From Candidatus Saccharimonadota bacterium (GTDB lineage: Bacteria; Patescibacteriota; Saccharimonadia; JAGOAT01), in the NCBI GenBank assembly GCA_017983775.1, contig JAGOAT010000002.1:1-50280 (forward strand): a DNA stretch of 50,280 bases. Direction: 5' to 3'. Numbering within the stretch: position 1 is the first letter of the stretch; each line of letters opens with the position of its first letter. This document shows, in pieces, positions 34,450 through 43,392 of this stretch. Position numbers and translations under genes: made by a program. The notes under the pieces were generated by a model. That model made no database searches. It was not told where the DNA came from and saw only the letters and a list, made by a program, of their open reading frames with translations.

Positions 34450-36876
34450 ATGCAAAAATATAATCCAGTTGAGTTAGAAAAAAAATGGCAGAAAGTCTGG
34501 GAAGAGACAGGAATATATGCCACCCCGGATCAACCGAAGAAGCCTTACTATTGCCTGGTAATGTTTCCTTATCCAAGTGGAAATTTGCACGTAGGACACT
34601 GGTATAATTTTGCTCTAGCAGATAGCTTTGCTAGGTTTCAGAGAATGCAGGGTTATGATTTGCTGCATCCAATAGGGTTTGATGCTTTTGGATTACCTGC
34701 TGAAAATGCTGCTATTAAGCGAGGATTGGCGGCTGATCAGTGGACTACAGATAATATCAACCAGATGAAGCAACAGCTCAAATCAATTGGAGCCATTTAT
34801 GACTGGGATCGTATGATAAATACATCAGATCCAGAATATTATCGTTGGACACAGTGGCTCTTCTTGCAGTTTTATAAGTCCGGTCAAGCATATCAGGCTG
34901 AGGCTTTGGTTAATTGGGATCCTGTAGATCAGACTGTGCTTGCCAACGAGCAGGTTATAGATGGTAGGGGTGAGCGATCAGGAGCCCTTGTGGAGAAAAA
35001 AAGACTCAAACAATGGTTCTTTAAGATCACGGACTATGCAGATGAATTACTTGATGAGTTAGACAATCTAGATTGGCATGACAATATCAAGCAAATGCAG
35101 CGCAATTGGATTGGCAAGAGTCAAGGTAGCCAATTTGGGTTCACTGTAGAGGGTAAAGAGCTAATGATCGAAGTCTTTACTACTAGGATCGATACTTTGG
35201 CAGGGGCAACATTTTTGGTCTTAGCTCCCGAACACGAATTAGTCGAAAGGATCATTGATGATCAGTACCGAGCAAAGATTAAGGATTATCAAAAACAAGT
35301 TGCCAGTATGACAAATCTAGATCGAATTCAGTCCGATAATAAGGATGGAGTATTTACGGGTGCTTATGCAATAAACCCCTTGACTGGTAAAAGAATGCCG
35401 ATTTATATTGCGGAGTATGTCTTGCCAGAATATGGTACAGGGGCAATTATGGCCGTTCCTGGACATGATCAACGAGATCATCAATTTGCCACCAAGCATG
35501 GCCTAGAAATTATTGAAGTGATTGATTCTAATGGACTAGATTTAGTCGATCAAGCTTATGAGGGTGATGGTAAATTGATCAATTCAGGACAGTTTGATGA
35601 ACTTAATCAAGAAGATGCCAAGTACCAGATTACTGAAGCTTTAGCTAAGACTAATCAATCAAAATTGGTAACAAACTACCGTTTGAAAGATTGGTTGATC
35701 TCTCGTCAAAGGTATTGGGGTTGTCCAATCCCAATTATTTATTGTGATTCTTGTGGAGTGGTACCAGTCCCCGAAGCCGATCTTCCTGTAGTCTTGCCAC
35801 TAGAGCAGGAGTTTGATAACAAAATCGATTCACCCTTAAAGCGTCATCCCGAATATCTACAGCTAGAATGTCCAGAGTGTGGAGGGTCTCAGGCTAGGCG
35901 TGAAACAGATACTCTGGATACTTTTGTAGATTCTAGTTGGTATTTCTTGCGTTATGCTGATAATCACAATTCTGATAGAGCATTTGATATCAGCAAGGTT
36001 AATGCCTGGATGCCAGTAGATCATTATATAGGTGGAATTGAACATGCTGTGATGCACTTGCTTTATGCAAGATATTTCACTAAGGCTTTAGCAGACTTGA
36101 AACTGGTTGGCTTTCGTGAGCCTTTCAAGCGACTGACCAATCAGGGAACAATCCTAGGTCCAGATGGTCAAAAAATGAGCAAATCCAAGGGTAATGTTGT
36201 TGATCCTGATCAGTATGTTAGTCAGTATGGATCAGATAGCGTCCGAATATATTTGATGTTTTTGGGGCCTTTTAGCCAGGGTGGTCCCTGGGATGATTCA
36301 AGATTTGAGGGCATCACTAGGTTTTTGACCAGACTTTACAGCCTGGTAGTCGATCCTTATCGGGCAGGTGAGTTTGAATCAGATCAAGAGACAGAACTAG
36401 TGCAGAAACTGCATGCCACGATTAAAAAGCTCGGGGAGGATCTTGAAGAATTGAAGTTTAATACGGCTATCGCTAGTCTAATGGAGCTAGTAAATCTGAT
36501 GCAGGATAAGAAAAATCAAGGTGTAATATCATCTGATATTTGGCATCAGAGTCTTAGATATTTGAGTTTGATCTTAGCACCGATCACTCCCCATTTAGCA
36601 GAAGAGTTTTGGCGACATCTAGGGGAAGAACAGAGTATCCACCTTCAATCTTGGCCAGCCTATGATCCTGACGTGATCGAGCAATCAGAGTTAATTATTC
36701 CAATCCAGATCAATGGTAAAAAACGTTCAGAGATATTGGTTACTCAAGGCTTAGATCGCGAAGAGGTGACTAAGCTTGTGCTTGATAATGCCCGAGTGCG
36801 ACAGCTGCTTGAGGGCAGAGAACCAGACAAGATTATTGTGGTACCAGATAGAATTGTTAATATCGTGTTAGAATAG
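34450..36876 (+). CDS. leuS: Leucine--tRNA ligase
   Basis: HIGH-type motif HVGHWYNF, KMSKSKGN, and a CP1 editing insertion. 808 aa. Confidence 0.95.
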   Translation: MQKYNPVELEKKWQKVWEETGIYATPDQPKKPYYCLVMFPYPSGNLHVGHWYNFALADSFARFQRMQGYDLLHPIGFDAFGLPAENAAIKRGLAADQWTTDNINQMKQQLKSIGAIYDWDRMINTSDPEYYRWTQWLFLQFYKSGQAYQAEALVNWDPVDQTVLANEQVIDGRGERSGALVEKKRLKQWFFKITDYADELLDELDNLDWHDNIKQMQRNWIGKSQGSQFGFTVEGKELMIEVFTTRIDTLAGATFLVLAPEHELVERIIDDQYRAKIKDYQKQVASMTNLDRIQSDNKDGVFTGAYAINPLTGKRMPIYIAEYVLPEYGTGAIMAVPGHDQRDHQFATKHGLEIIEVIDSNGLDLVDQAYEGDGKLINSGQFDELNQEDAKYQITEALAKTNQSKLVTNYRLKDWLISRQRYWGCPIPIIYCDSCGVVPVPEADLPVVLPLEQEFDNKIDSPLKRHPEYLQLECPECGGSQARRETDTLDTFVDSSWYFLRYADNHNSDRAFDISKVNAWMPVDHYIGGIEHAVMHLLYARYFTKALADLKLVGFREPFKRLTNQGTILGPDGQKMSKSKGNVVDPDQYVSQYGSDSVRIYLMFLGPFSQGGPWDDSRFEGITRFLTRLYSLVVDPYRAGEFESDQETELVQKLHATIKKLGEDLEELKFNTAIASLMELVNLMQDKKNQGVISSDIWHQSLRYLSLILAPITPHLAEEFWRHLGEEQSIHLQSWPAYDPDVIEQSELIIPIQINGKKRSEILVTQGLDREEVTKLVLDNARVRQLLEGREPDKIIVVPDRIVNIVLE

Positions 36877-36950
36877 GGTGCTGTATAATTGTTATTTTTC
36901 GAATCTCTAAGAAGGAGTTTAGAAGGAGTCACTTTGAAGTAAGTTTTGGA

Positions 36951-36979
36951 TTGAACTTTTTTCAAGTTAGTGATACAAT
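36951..36979 (+). promoter_or_regulatory. Extended -10 promoter TTGAAC-17-TGaTACAAT for the rpmF-nusB-nudix-rnc cluster
   Basis: -35 at 36951-36956 and -10 at 36974-36979. Confidence 0.4.
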
Positions 36980-37017
36980 AAATCAAAGGTAAAAGAAGAA
37001 GCAAAGAGAGGTAGTAT

Positions 37018-37182
37018 ATGGCTGTACCAAAAAAACAATCATCTAGGTCAAAGGTTCGAAGAAGACGCTCACACCAGGCAATTAAACCTGAGGGTTTGAT
37101 CGTTGAGCCAAGAACAGGTCAGGCTGTACCTAGACGATTATTTAGGGCAATCAATCTAGGTCTAGTCAAGCTAAAAAAATAG
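37018..37182 (+). CDS. rpmF: 50S ribosomal protein L32
   Basis: Below the ORF-track cut-off. My translation MAVPKKQSSRSKVRRRRSHQAIKPEGLIVEPRTGQAVPRRLFRAINLGLVKLKK has the MAVPK(R/K)K...R..R.H signature of L32. Confidence 0.8.
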   Translation: MAVPKKQSSRSKVRRRRSHQAIKPEGLIVEPRTGQAVPRRLFRAINLGLVKLKK

Positions 37183-37196
37183 CTTGTAGTCTGATA

Positions 37197-37673
37197 ATGG
37201 CATCCAATCGACATTTAGCAAGAATTGTAGCAATGCAAGCATTGTTTGAGTTAGCTTTTGGTCTTGAGATTGGCTTGATTCAGGTAGGCGATCAATCTAG
37301 TATAAAATCAATCATTGACCGATCAATCGATGTCTACAAGATGTCAGTTAAGGATCAAGAATTTTGTAGAGATCTTTATTATGGTAGTATTGAGAATCTT
37401 GATGCACTCGATCAAATAATTGCTCCAGCTGCTCCAGAATGGCCAATTGGTCAAATATCCAAAGTAGATTTGGCGATCTTGAGACTTAGCGTTTTTGAGC
37501 TAACTACTTATGACCAGATCACTCCCTATAAGGTGATCATCAATGAAGCTGTAGAGGTAGCAAAGTCTTTTGGAGGAGAAAATTCTTCAAAATTTGTCAA
37601 CGGGGTACTGGCTACAGTGTATAAAGAACAAATAGAATCTAAACAAGGGGAAGATTATGTCAAGACCGATTAG
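37197..37673 (+). CDS. nusB: Transcription antitermination factor NusB
   Basis: RHLARIVAMQALFE ... VIINEAVEVAKSFGGENSSKFVNGVL are typical NusB motifs. Confidence 0.9.
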   Translation: MASNRHLARIVAMQALFELAFGLEIGLIQVGDQSSIKSIIDRSIDVYKMSVKDQEFCRDLYYGSIENLDALDQIIAPAAPEWPIGQISKVDLAILRLSVFELTTYDQITPYKVIINEAVEVAKSFGGENSSKFVNGVLATVYKEQIESKQGEDYVKTD

Positions 37674-38166
37674 GGATAATAGACAAATGGGAAGGCGTTT
37701 GGCAAAACGCTTTAAGATTACAGCGATTAGGGAATATAGTTCAGGAGGATTTGTTTTTCGTCAAAATGGCCAGGGTGATATTGATCTATTATTGATTGAA
37801 GATAAGAGAGGGCGTTGGAGTATCCCCAAGGGGCATATTGATCCAGGAGAAACATCCGAAGAGACTGCCTTGCGAGAAATCAATGAAGAGACCAATTTAG
37901 AAAGTCTAAGGTTAATAGAATTAATGGACGAGATTTATTTTTTTTATAAGATAGAAGGTAGGTTTGTTCATATGACAGTTTTTGTCTATTTACTAGAAGC
38001 AATTAAAGGCTTTCAGGAACAGATCCAGGTAGAAGATCTAGAGTGGATCACGGAAGTCAAATGGTTTAGTGCCAAGGATGCCTACCACTTGATTGAATAT
38101 CCAGATCTCAAGAGGTTGACTAAGCATGCTTACAAAAGAATTACAGGTAAGGAGTTGGTTGTCTAA
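37657..38166 (+). CDS. NUDIX hydrolase
   Basis: Nudix box GHIDPGETSEETALREINEETNL. Overlaps nusB by 17 nt. Confidence 0.85.
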   Translation: MSRPIRDNRQMGRRLAKRFKITAIREYSSGGFVFRQNGQGDIDLLLIEDKRGRWSIPKGHIDPGETSEETALREINEETNLESLRLIELMDEIYFFYKIEGRFVHMTVFVYLLEAIKGFQEQIQVEDLEWITEVKWFSAKDAYHLIEYPDLKRLTKHAYKRITGKELVV

Positions 38167-38888
38167 TGATTGACAAGCTCAAACAAGACCTCCATGGATT
38201 ATTTGCTGATTTTGGCATCAAGATCAATAACCCAGACTTGATAATTAGGGCCTTTATCCATCGTAGTTATCTTAATGAGAATCGAGGTATAGATAGTGAG
38301 CATAATGAGCGCTTAGAATTTCTTGGTGATGCAGTATTGGAATTAGTGGTAACCGAATATCTGTATCGAAAATTCTCAAGGGATGAAGGAGTATTGACAA
38401 ACTTGCGTTCAGCCTTAGTTAAGACTGAAACCTTATCTGAGACTGTCAAGGATCTAGGATTTTCTGATTATTTACTGGTCTCAAGAGGAGAATTAAAGTC
38501 GGGTGGTAGAGAAAGAACTAGCTTGCAGGCAAATCTTTACGAGGCAATTGTTGGAGCAATTTATTTAGATCAAGGTATTGATAAGGCTAGAGAATTCATT
38601 ACTACTACTTTACTGAGCAAGCTTGATCAGATTTTATCTACCAAAGCCTATCTTGATCCAAAAAGTCATTTCCAGGAGCTCAGTCAGCAATATTTCAATA
38701 TTACTCCTACATATCAGGTGCTGGATGAATCAGGACCAGATCATGATAAGTTATTTACGGTTGGTATTTTTGTTGGTGACCAAAAGTTTGGAGTGGGAGA
38801 GGGGACGAGTAAGCAGTCTGCCCAACAAACTGCAGCTGAAGACGGACTCAAAAACTTGCCAAAGCATAAACAATCATTTAAATTGTAA
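38166..38888 (+). CDS. rnc: Ribonuclease III
   Basis: Signature NERLEFLGDAVLELVV and a C-terminal dsRBD (GPDHDKLFTVGIFV...GEGTSKQSAQQTAA). ATGA overlap with the upstream gene. Confidence 0.95.
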   Translation: MIDKLKQDLHGLFADFGIKINNPDLIIRAFIHRSYLNENRGIDSEHNERLEFLGDAVLELVVTEYLYRKFSRDEGVLTNLRSALVKTETLSETVKDLGFSDYLLVSRGELKSGGRERTSLQANLYEAIVGAIYLDQGIDKAREFITTTLLSKLDQILSTKAYLDPKSHFQELSQQYFNITPTYQVLDESGPDHDKLFTVGIFVGDQKFGVGEGTSKQSAQQTAAEDGLKNLPKHKQSFKL

Positions 38889-38916
38889 TATAAGTAATTA
38901 AGAGAAAAGGAGAACA

Positions 38917-39549
38917 GTGAGTAACACAAAGTTAGATCCAAGGATTCAGGCAATCAAGACTCAGCATACTTTTTGCATGATTAAGCCAGATGGTGTTAAA
39001 CGTGGGTTGTCTGGAGAAATTATTAGAAGGATTGAGACTGCTGGACTCAAAATAGTAGCACTCAAAATGATGACTGCTGATGAGGACATGATTCGTAAGC
39101 ATTATCCAATGAGTGATCAGGCTTGGGTAGATCGTCTGGGGGATAAAGGGCTAGGGACTTTTGAGGAATATGATTTAGATCCAGTTGAATTTTTAGGTAC
39201 TTCCGATAGGAGTCAAGTCGGGAGGCAAGTTGCAGAAACCTTGGTGGGCTATATGACTTCAGGACCTGTTGTCTGTATGGTTGTTGAAGGCGTACAGGCA
39301 ATCGACATGATTAGAAAACTAGCAGGCCATACATTACCATTTAAGGCAGAAATGGGTACGATTAGGGGAGATTTTTCAGTCGATAGCCCAGGAGTAGCTA
39401 ATGTTGAAGGGCGAGCTATCCATAATCTATTTCATGCTAGCGAGAACCCTACAGAGGCTGCAAATGAAGTAGCATTGTGGTTTAGTGAAGCAGATAAGCA
39501 GAAATATTTCCGTGTAGATGAATCTTTGATGTATTCAAAGCACTATTAA
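38917..39549 (+). CDS. ndk: Nucleoside-diphosphate kinase (long form with an internal insertion)
   Basis: TFCMIKPDGVKRGL and NLFHASENPTEA (catalytic His). At 210 aa it is longer than the usual ~140-150 aa. GTG start after AAGGAGAA. Confidence 0.8.
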   Translation: MSNTKLDPRIQAIKTQHTFCMIKPDGVKRGLSGEIIRRIETAGLKIVALKMMTADEDMIRKHYPMSDQAWVDRLGDKGLGTFEEYDLDPVEFLGTSDRSQVGRQVAETLVGYMTSGPVVCMVVEGVQAIDMIRKLAGHTLPFKAEMGTIRGDFSVDSPGVANVEGRAIHNLFHASENPTEAANEVALWFSEADKQKYFRVDESLMYSKHY

Positions 39550-39568
39550 TCAAATAGTATTTGGATCT

Positions 39569-40033
39569 ATGCAGATTTGGGCAAGTAAAATCACTAAGAT
39601 GCCGGTTTTTGATGTGTCTTTGGGTAAATATGTAGCCTGGACTAACGGTCTAATTTTTGACCCAAAGACGCTGAGGGTTAAGCTTTTTAAGATTCAGTCT
39701 CACAAAGATCAATTCTACCTGAGAGTGGAGGATATTGCTGAGATTATTGCCAAAAGGATTTTGATCAAAAGTCAGTCAGACATCTCTGAAATAGAAGATT
39801 TAATTCGTTACCAATCTTTGATCGAGCAAAGTTTGACCATGGTAGGACTTCCGGTGTTTGATGATACTGGCAAAAAGCATGGGGTCTGTAAAGACCTATT
39901 ACTTGATAGCTGGGGTCTTGATCTTAGTGCCATTAGCCTCAAGCCTAGCTTGTTCAATCGTCTGCTGTATCGAGAGCGAAGAATTGATGCTTTGCAGATT
40001 AAGCAAATCCTTGATGGTAAAATTATTGTCTAA
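39569..40033 (+). CDS. Hypothetical protein, possibly a tandem PRC-barrel-like fold
   Basis: Two similar segments (KMPVFDVSLGKYVAWTNGLIFDP and GLPVFDDTGKKHGVCKDLLLDS). The call rests on weak resemblance only. Confidence 0.35.
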   Translation: MQIWASKITKMPVFDVSLGKYVAWTNGLIFDPKTLRVKLFKIQSHKDQFYLRVEDIAEIIAKRILIKSQSDISEIEDLIRYQSLIEQSLTMVGLPVFDDTGKKHGVCKDLLLDSWGLDLSAISLKPSLFNRLLYRERRIDALQIKQILDGKIIV

Positions 40034-40099
40034 AATCGTACTTAACTTTCTAGTCCCCATTTTATTTCCGTTATTATCCGAGAAATCGCTAAACCTATA

Positions 40100-40330
40100 T
40101 TCTCACCTTCCGAGACTCTGCTAACCCTTCTGCTATTCTCTGAGCCCACTGTAGCATCCCTCAAAACCCTCTCCTGCCCCGTCATCCCCCGTATTGTTCG
40201 CAAGGAAATACGGGGTTCCTGTTATTATTGAATTAGACAATGCAAAATACTAGATATCCCATAAATACCTGCGGGATTTTGGAATATGACGGAGTAGGGT
40301 CATCCTCTGAAACCCGAAGGGAATTATGAG
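40100..40330. repeat. REP/BIME-like cluster B (same family as 33870-34190)
   Basis: CACCTTCCGAGACTCTGCTAACCCTTCT, CGTCATCCCCCG-hairpin-TACGGGG (40180-40215), CCATAA-hairpin-TTGGAATATGACGG (40258-40291). Confidence 0.65.
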
Positions 40331-40589
40331 GGAATCAATATTTTGTATTTGTATTTATATCCACCATACTCAGAGCTAATCTTCGGATATCCAGATATAC
40401 TAGAAACAAATAATACAGATAATCCATCCCATGTAGTATCTTTTTAGATTGATATCGAAAGAAGTCCAGGATGACGAATTGCTTTTGTATTTGGGTTAGC
40501 TTAATGTATAATCATAACTAGTTTAATAAGAGCGAGAATGGAGGTATATGGGATTATTATTAGTTTTGATTATTTGGGGGTTGGTTGGA

Positions 40590-41027
40590 CTAATTGGTTG
40601 GCGAGCTGTTTTCGAACGCTAATTTGATCGACTGATAACTGTAGCCACGCCTAAGGAGTTTTTGGTAGGTCGATGGGGTATTCTCTAGGTTGCGTAAATT
40701 AATCTGGGTGATTAGACTTTGCTCAATCCATATCTGCTCGATAGAATCAATCGCTAATTTGATTAATTCGGAGCTGAGACGTTTTTTGGTCAAGGCTTGT
40801 TTAAGCTGCAAAGGGGAACGGTGCCTGATCCTAATCGCTTCTTCTGTCCAGGCTAGAATGAGGGAGTTATCATCGACTAGCTTAGATTCGATTAAGGCAT
40901 TGTGTACACCAGGGGTATAGTCAAGTTGATTTTTTTGGCAAAAGCTAATAATCTCAGATTCAAATCTTGGACTATAATTGATCCAAGTGACAATTTTGTC
41001 TAGTGTCTTCTTTTCCTCTGGGCTCAT
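40590..41027 (-). CDS. recX: RecX family regulator of RecA
   Basis: 145 aa of helical repeats. LQLKQALTKKRLSSELIKLAI and YQKLLRRGYSYQSIKLAF resemble RecX repeats. Confidence 0.65.
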   Translation of the reverse strand: MSPEEKKTLDKIVTWINYSPRFESEIISFCQKNQLDYTPGVHNALIESKLVDDNSLILAWTEEAIRIRHRSPLQLKQALTKKRLSSELIKLAIDSIEQIWIEQSLITQINLRNLENTPSTYQKLLRRGYSYQSIKLAFENSSPTN

Positions 41028-41096
41028 AGCTTGATAATATCACAGATTGCTTACAATTATCAGATGTGATAGGGTAGAAATTGGGAGACTTTGGTT

Positions 41097-41171
41097 GCCC
41101 TGGTAGCTCAGAGGAAGAGCGTCTCCGTCCTAAGGAGAGCGTCGGGGGTTCGATTCCCTCCCAGGGTACCA
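41097..41171 (+). tRNA. tRNA-Arg (CCT), CCA encoded
   Basis: GCCCTGGTAGCTCAGAGGAAGAGCGTCTCCGTCCTAAGGAGAGCGTCGGGGGTTCGATTCCCTCCCAGGGTACCA, with anticodon loop GUCCUAA. Confidence 0.9.
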
Positions 41172-41334
41172 GCTAACTAATTGGGTATATGAGTATTTGT
41201 GATACTTGGCTTATTCCGATCAGGGCAGTAACTAAATTGCTCAGAGTATCTTATTTCATGACTACGTTTTGTTTTTATCTGAATCAGTGATAATTAGGAT
41301 TGATGAAATCGATTTAGGCTGGTATAATACGAGC

Positions 41335-41628
41335 ATGCAAAGAAAATATGAAGTAGCAATCGTCCTAAGTCCGGACTTGGAGGCAGTAGTAGCCAATAGT
41401 AAATCCAAGGTAGAGGCCAGTATTACGGAATTGGGTGGCAAGATCGTAGATGTCGATGAGTGGGGTAAGCGTCGGCTAGCTTATCCAATCAAAAAACATG
41501 AATGGGGTATATATTACTTCTTTTATGTCAAAATTGATCCCAAGGATATTTTGGAGCTAGAAACCAAGTTTCGTTACAACCAAGAGATTCTGAGATTCTT
41601 AGTAACCAGACAAGAGGAAAATAAGTAG
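41335..41628 (+). CDS. rpsF: 30S ribosomal protein S6
   Basis: MQRKYEVAIVLSPDL...WGKRRLAYPIKK. I prefer ATG 41335 to the track's upstream TTG 41269. Confidence 0.9.
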   Translation: MQRKYEVAIVLSPDLEAVVANSKSKVEASITELGGKIVDVDEWGKRRLAYPIKKHEWGIYYFFYVKIDPKDILELETKFRYNQEILRFLVTRQEENK

Positions 41629-42068
41629 TGTCTAGAAGCTTTAATCAAGCAATTGTTGTCGGCAATCTGACTAGAGATCCTGAGCTCAGGACTACTCCAT
41701 CTGGCAAGACTGTAGTAGGATTTGGTATTGCTACCAATCGTAGCTGGAAGACTGATGCTGGTGAGCAGAGGGATGAAGTAGAATACCATGATATTGTTGT
41801 ATGGGGTAAACTCGGTGAGATTTGTAATCAGTATCTCGGTAAAGGACGCAAAGCTATGGTAATCGGTAGGCTTCAGACTAGGAATTGGGAGGACAAAGAT
41901 GGTAATAAGCGTCAAAAGACTGAAATCATTGCTAGTGATGTAACTTTTATGGACGGAGGTGGCCAATCAGCTAACCCCAGTGTCTCTAGTCCGTCTAGCC
42001 AATCTTCTAGTGTTGTTCAAGATATCGATGAAGGCAGTGAAGTTAATCTAGATGATATTCCATTTTAG
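41628..42068 (+). CDS. ssb: Single-stranded DNA-binding protein
   Basis: OB-fold NQAIVVGNLTRDPELRTTPSGKTVVGFGIATNR and an acidic C-terminal tip DDIPF. The GTG start overlaps the rpsF stop. Confidence 0.95.
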   Translation: MSRSFNQAIVVGNLTRDPELRTTPSGKTVVGFGIATNRSWKTDAGEQRDEVEYHDIVVWGKLGEICNQYLGKGRKAMVIGRLQTRNWEDKDGNKRQKTEIIASDVTFMDGGGQSANPSVSSPSSQSSSVVQDIDEGSEVNLDDIPF

Positions 42069-42090
42069 TTAGTAAGATAGAGGAGAAGAT

Positions 42091-42339
42091 ATGAGTGATC
42101 AAGTAGATAATACCCAGGTACAAGTAGATGATCAGGTTTCTGATCAAGCTCAAATAGCAAGACAATCAGGAGATAAAGTTGATTATAAGGATATCAAGAA
42201 TCTACAGAGGTACATAACCCCGACAGGCAAGATTGATACTCGACGTAGAGGTGTTACTTCCAAGCAACAAAAGAAGATAGCAGATGCTATTAAGCGTGCC
42301 AGACACTTGGCACTTTTGCCATACGTAGTAAATCAATAA
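42091..42339 (+). CDS. rpsR: 30S ribosomal protein S18
   Basis: [49 protein letters not shown]. Confidence 0.95.
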   Translation: MSDQVDNTQVQVDDQVSDQAQIARQSGDKVDYKDIKNLQRYITPTGKIDTRRRGVTSKQQKKIADAIKRARHLALLPYVVNQ

Positions 42340-42345
42340 GCATAG

Positions 42346-42903
42346 ATGTATTCAATTACTGATCTCAGGAAGGATACTTTGATAGATTTGGATGGAATTC
42401 CTCATCGAGTGGTCGAATATCATCACGCTCAATTGGGTAGGGGCGGAGCAACAGTTCGAATCAAGGTCAAAAATCTCGCCACCGGTCAAGTACTAGATAG
42501 GACTTATAAAAATGATGAGAAGATTGCTCCAGCTGACGTAGTACGCAAAAAGATTCAATATTTGTATAGCGATCAAGAGAATGCTAGCTTTATGGATACA
42601 ATTACTTTTGATCAATATCAGGTAGGGAAATCAGAGTCAGAGGATGTCCTGAAGTATTTCCCAGAAGGGGCAGAGCTGGAGGCTTATATTTATAATCAAG
42701 CAATTGTGAGTTTTGAATTGCCCAATAATACGATCCTCGAGGTGGTAGAAGCTCCAGGTGCTGATAAGGGCAATTCTGCTAGCGGTGCTACCAAGGTAGT
42801 CAAGATGGAGACAGGTATCAGTGTCAATGCACCCCTTTTTATCAAGGTAGGTGACAAGCTCAAGGTCGATACTCGTTCTGGTGACTATCTTCAGAGAGCC
42901 TAA
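42346..42903 (+). CDS. efp: Elongation factor P (Arg at the modified-loop position 32)
   Basis: 185 aa. VVEYHHAQLGRGGATVRIKVKNLATGQ aligns with the KPGKG loop region of EF-P. Confidence 0.9.
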   Translation: MYSITDLRKDTLIDLDGIPHRVVEYHHAQLGRGGATVRIKVKNLATGQVLDRTYKNDEKIAPADVVRKKIQYLYSDQENASFMDTITFDQYQVGKSESEDVLKYFPEGAELEAYIYNQAIVSFELPNNTILEVVEAPGADKGNSASGATKVVKMETGISVNAPLFIKVGDKLKVDTRSGDYLQRA

Positions 42904-42956
42904 GCCAAGTAAAAATCATTTTTCACCACTCTTGACATAGTCAACTATCATCAAAA

Positions 42957-43020
42957 GTCGCGGACAGTCCGCGACAATCTTAATCTGAGAGATAGCCAAC
43001 AACCGCGGACAGTCCGCGAC
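42957..43020. repeat. Second pair of the GC-rich palindrome: GTCGCGGACAGTCCGCGAC (42957-42975) and CCGCGGACAGTCCGCGAC (43003-43020), again about 45 bp start-to-start
   Basis: Exact string match to 31925-31943, with the same spacing as the pair at 31880-31943. Confidence 0.9.
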
Positions 43021-43137
43021 ATTTTATAGGGTGTAATATCGGTTTAGCGTAGACTTTTTATCAGTAATAAAAAAGTGCAATTAATATCCAGTAAGCTCCT
43101 TGACTTATCGGGTATTAATTGCACTTTCAATATGTTC

Positions 43138-43214
43138 TGGCGGGCTCGACCGGATTCGAACCGGCGATCTCCTCCGTGACAGGGAGGCATGTTAGGCCTC
43201 TACACCACGAGCCC
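43138..43214 (-). tRNA. tRNA-Asp (GTC), CCA encoded
   Basis: The reverse complement GGGCTCGTGGTGTAGAGGCCTAACATGCCTCCCTGTCACGGAGGAGATCGCCGGTTCGAATCCGGTCGAGCCCGCCA has anticodon loop CUGUCAC and discriminator G73. Confidence 0.9.
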
Positions 43215-43392
43215 GCATAAAAACTCAACTATTATGAATAGTTGATAGAGTAAATCCTAACATGAATGCTAGGATTTGTCTATTGGATTATTGGTAAGAC
43301 TCAAGGCTTAGTCTCAAACAAAGACTAGATAAGGGTGTGAGGTTTTGCCTATTGTGTTACAATCAAAATGATCTATAAAATGGAGGTATAGA

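Noticed and set aside
36744-37004. 86-aa minus-strand ORF across the leuS 3' end and the rpmF promoter
   Set aside because: It is antisense to the leuS C-terminus and the intergenic promoter, with low-complexity composition. rpmF on the plus strand explains the region.
39858-40124. 88-aa plus-strand ORF overlapping the end of 39569..40033 and running into repeat cluster B
   Set aside because: It is out of frame with the better-supported upstream gene, and its C-terminal half is repeat sequence.
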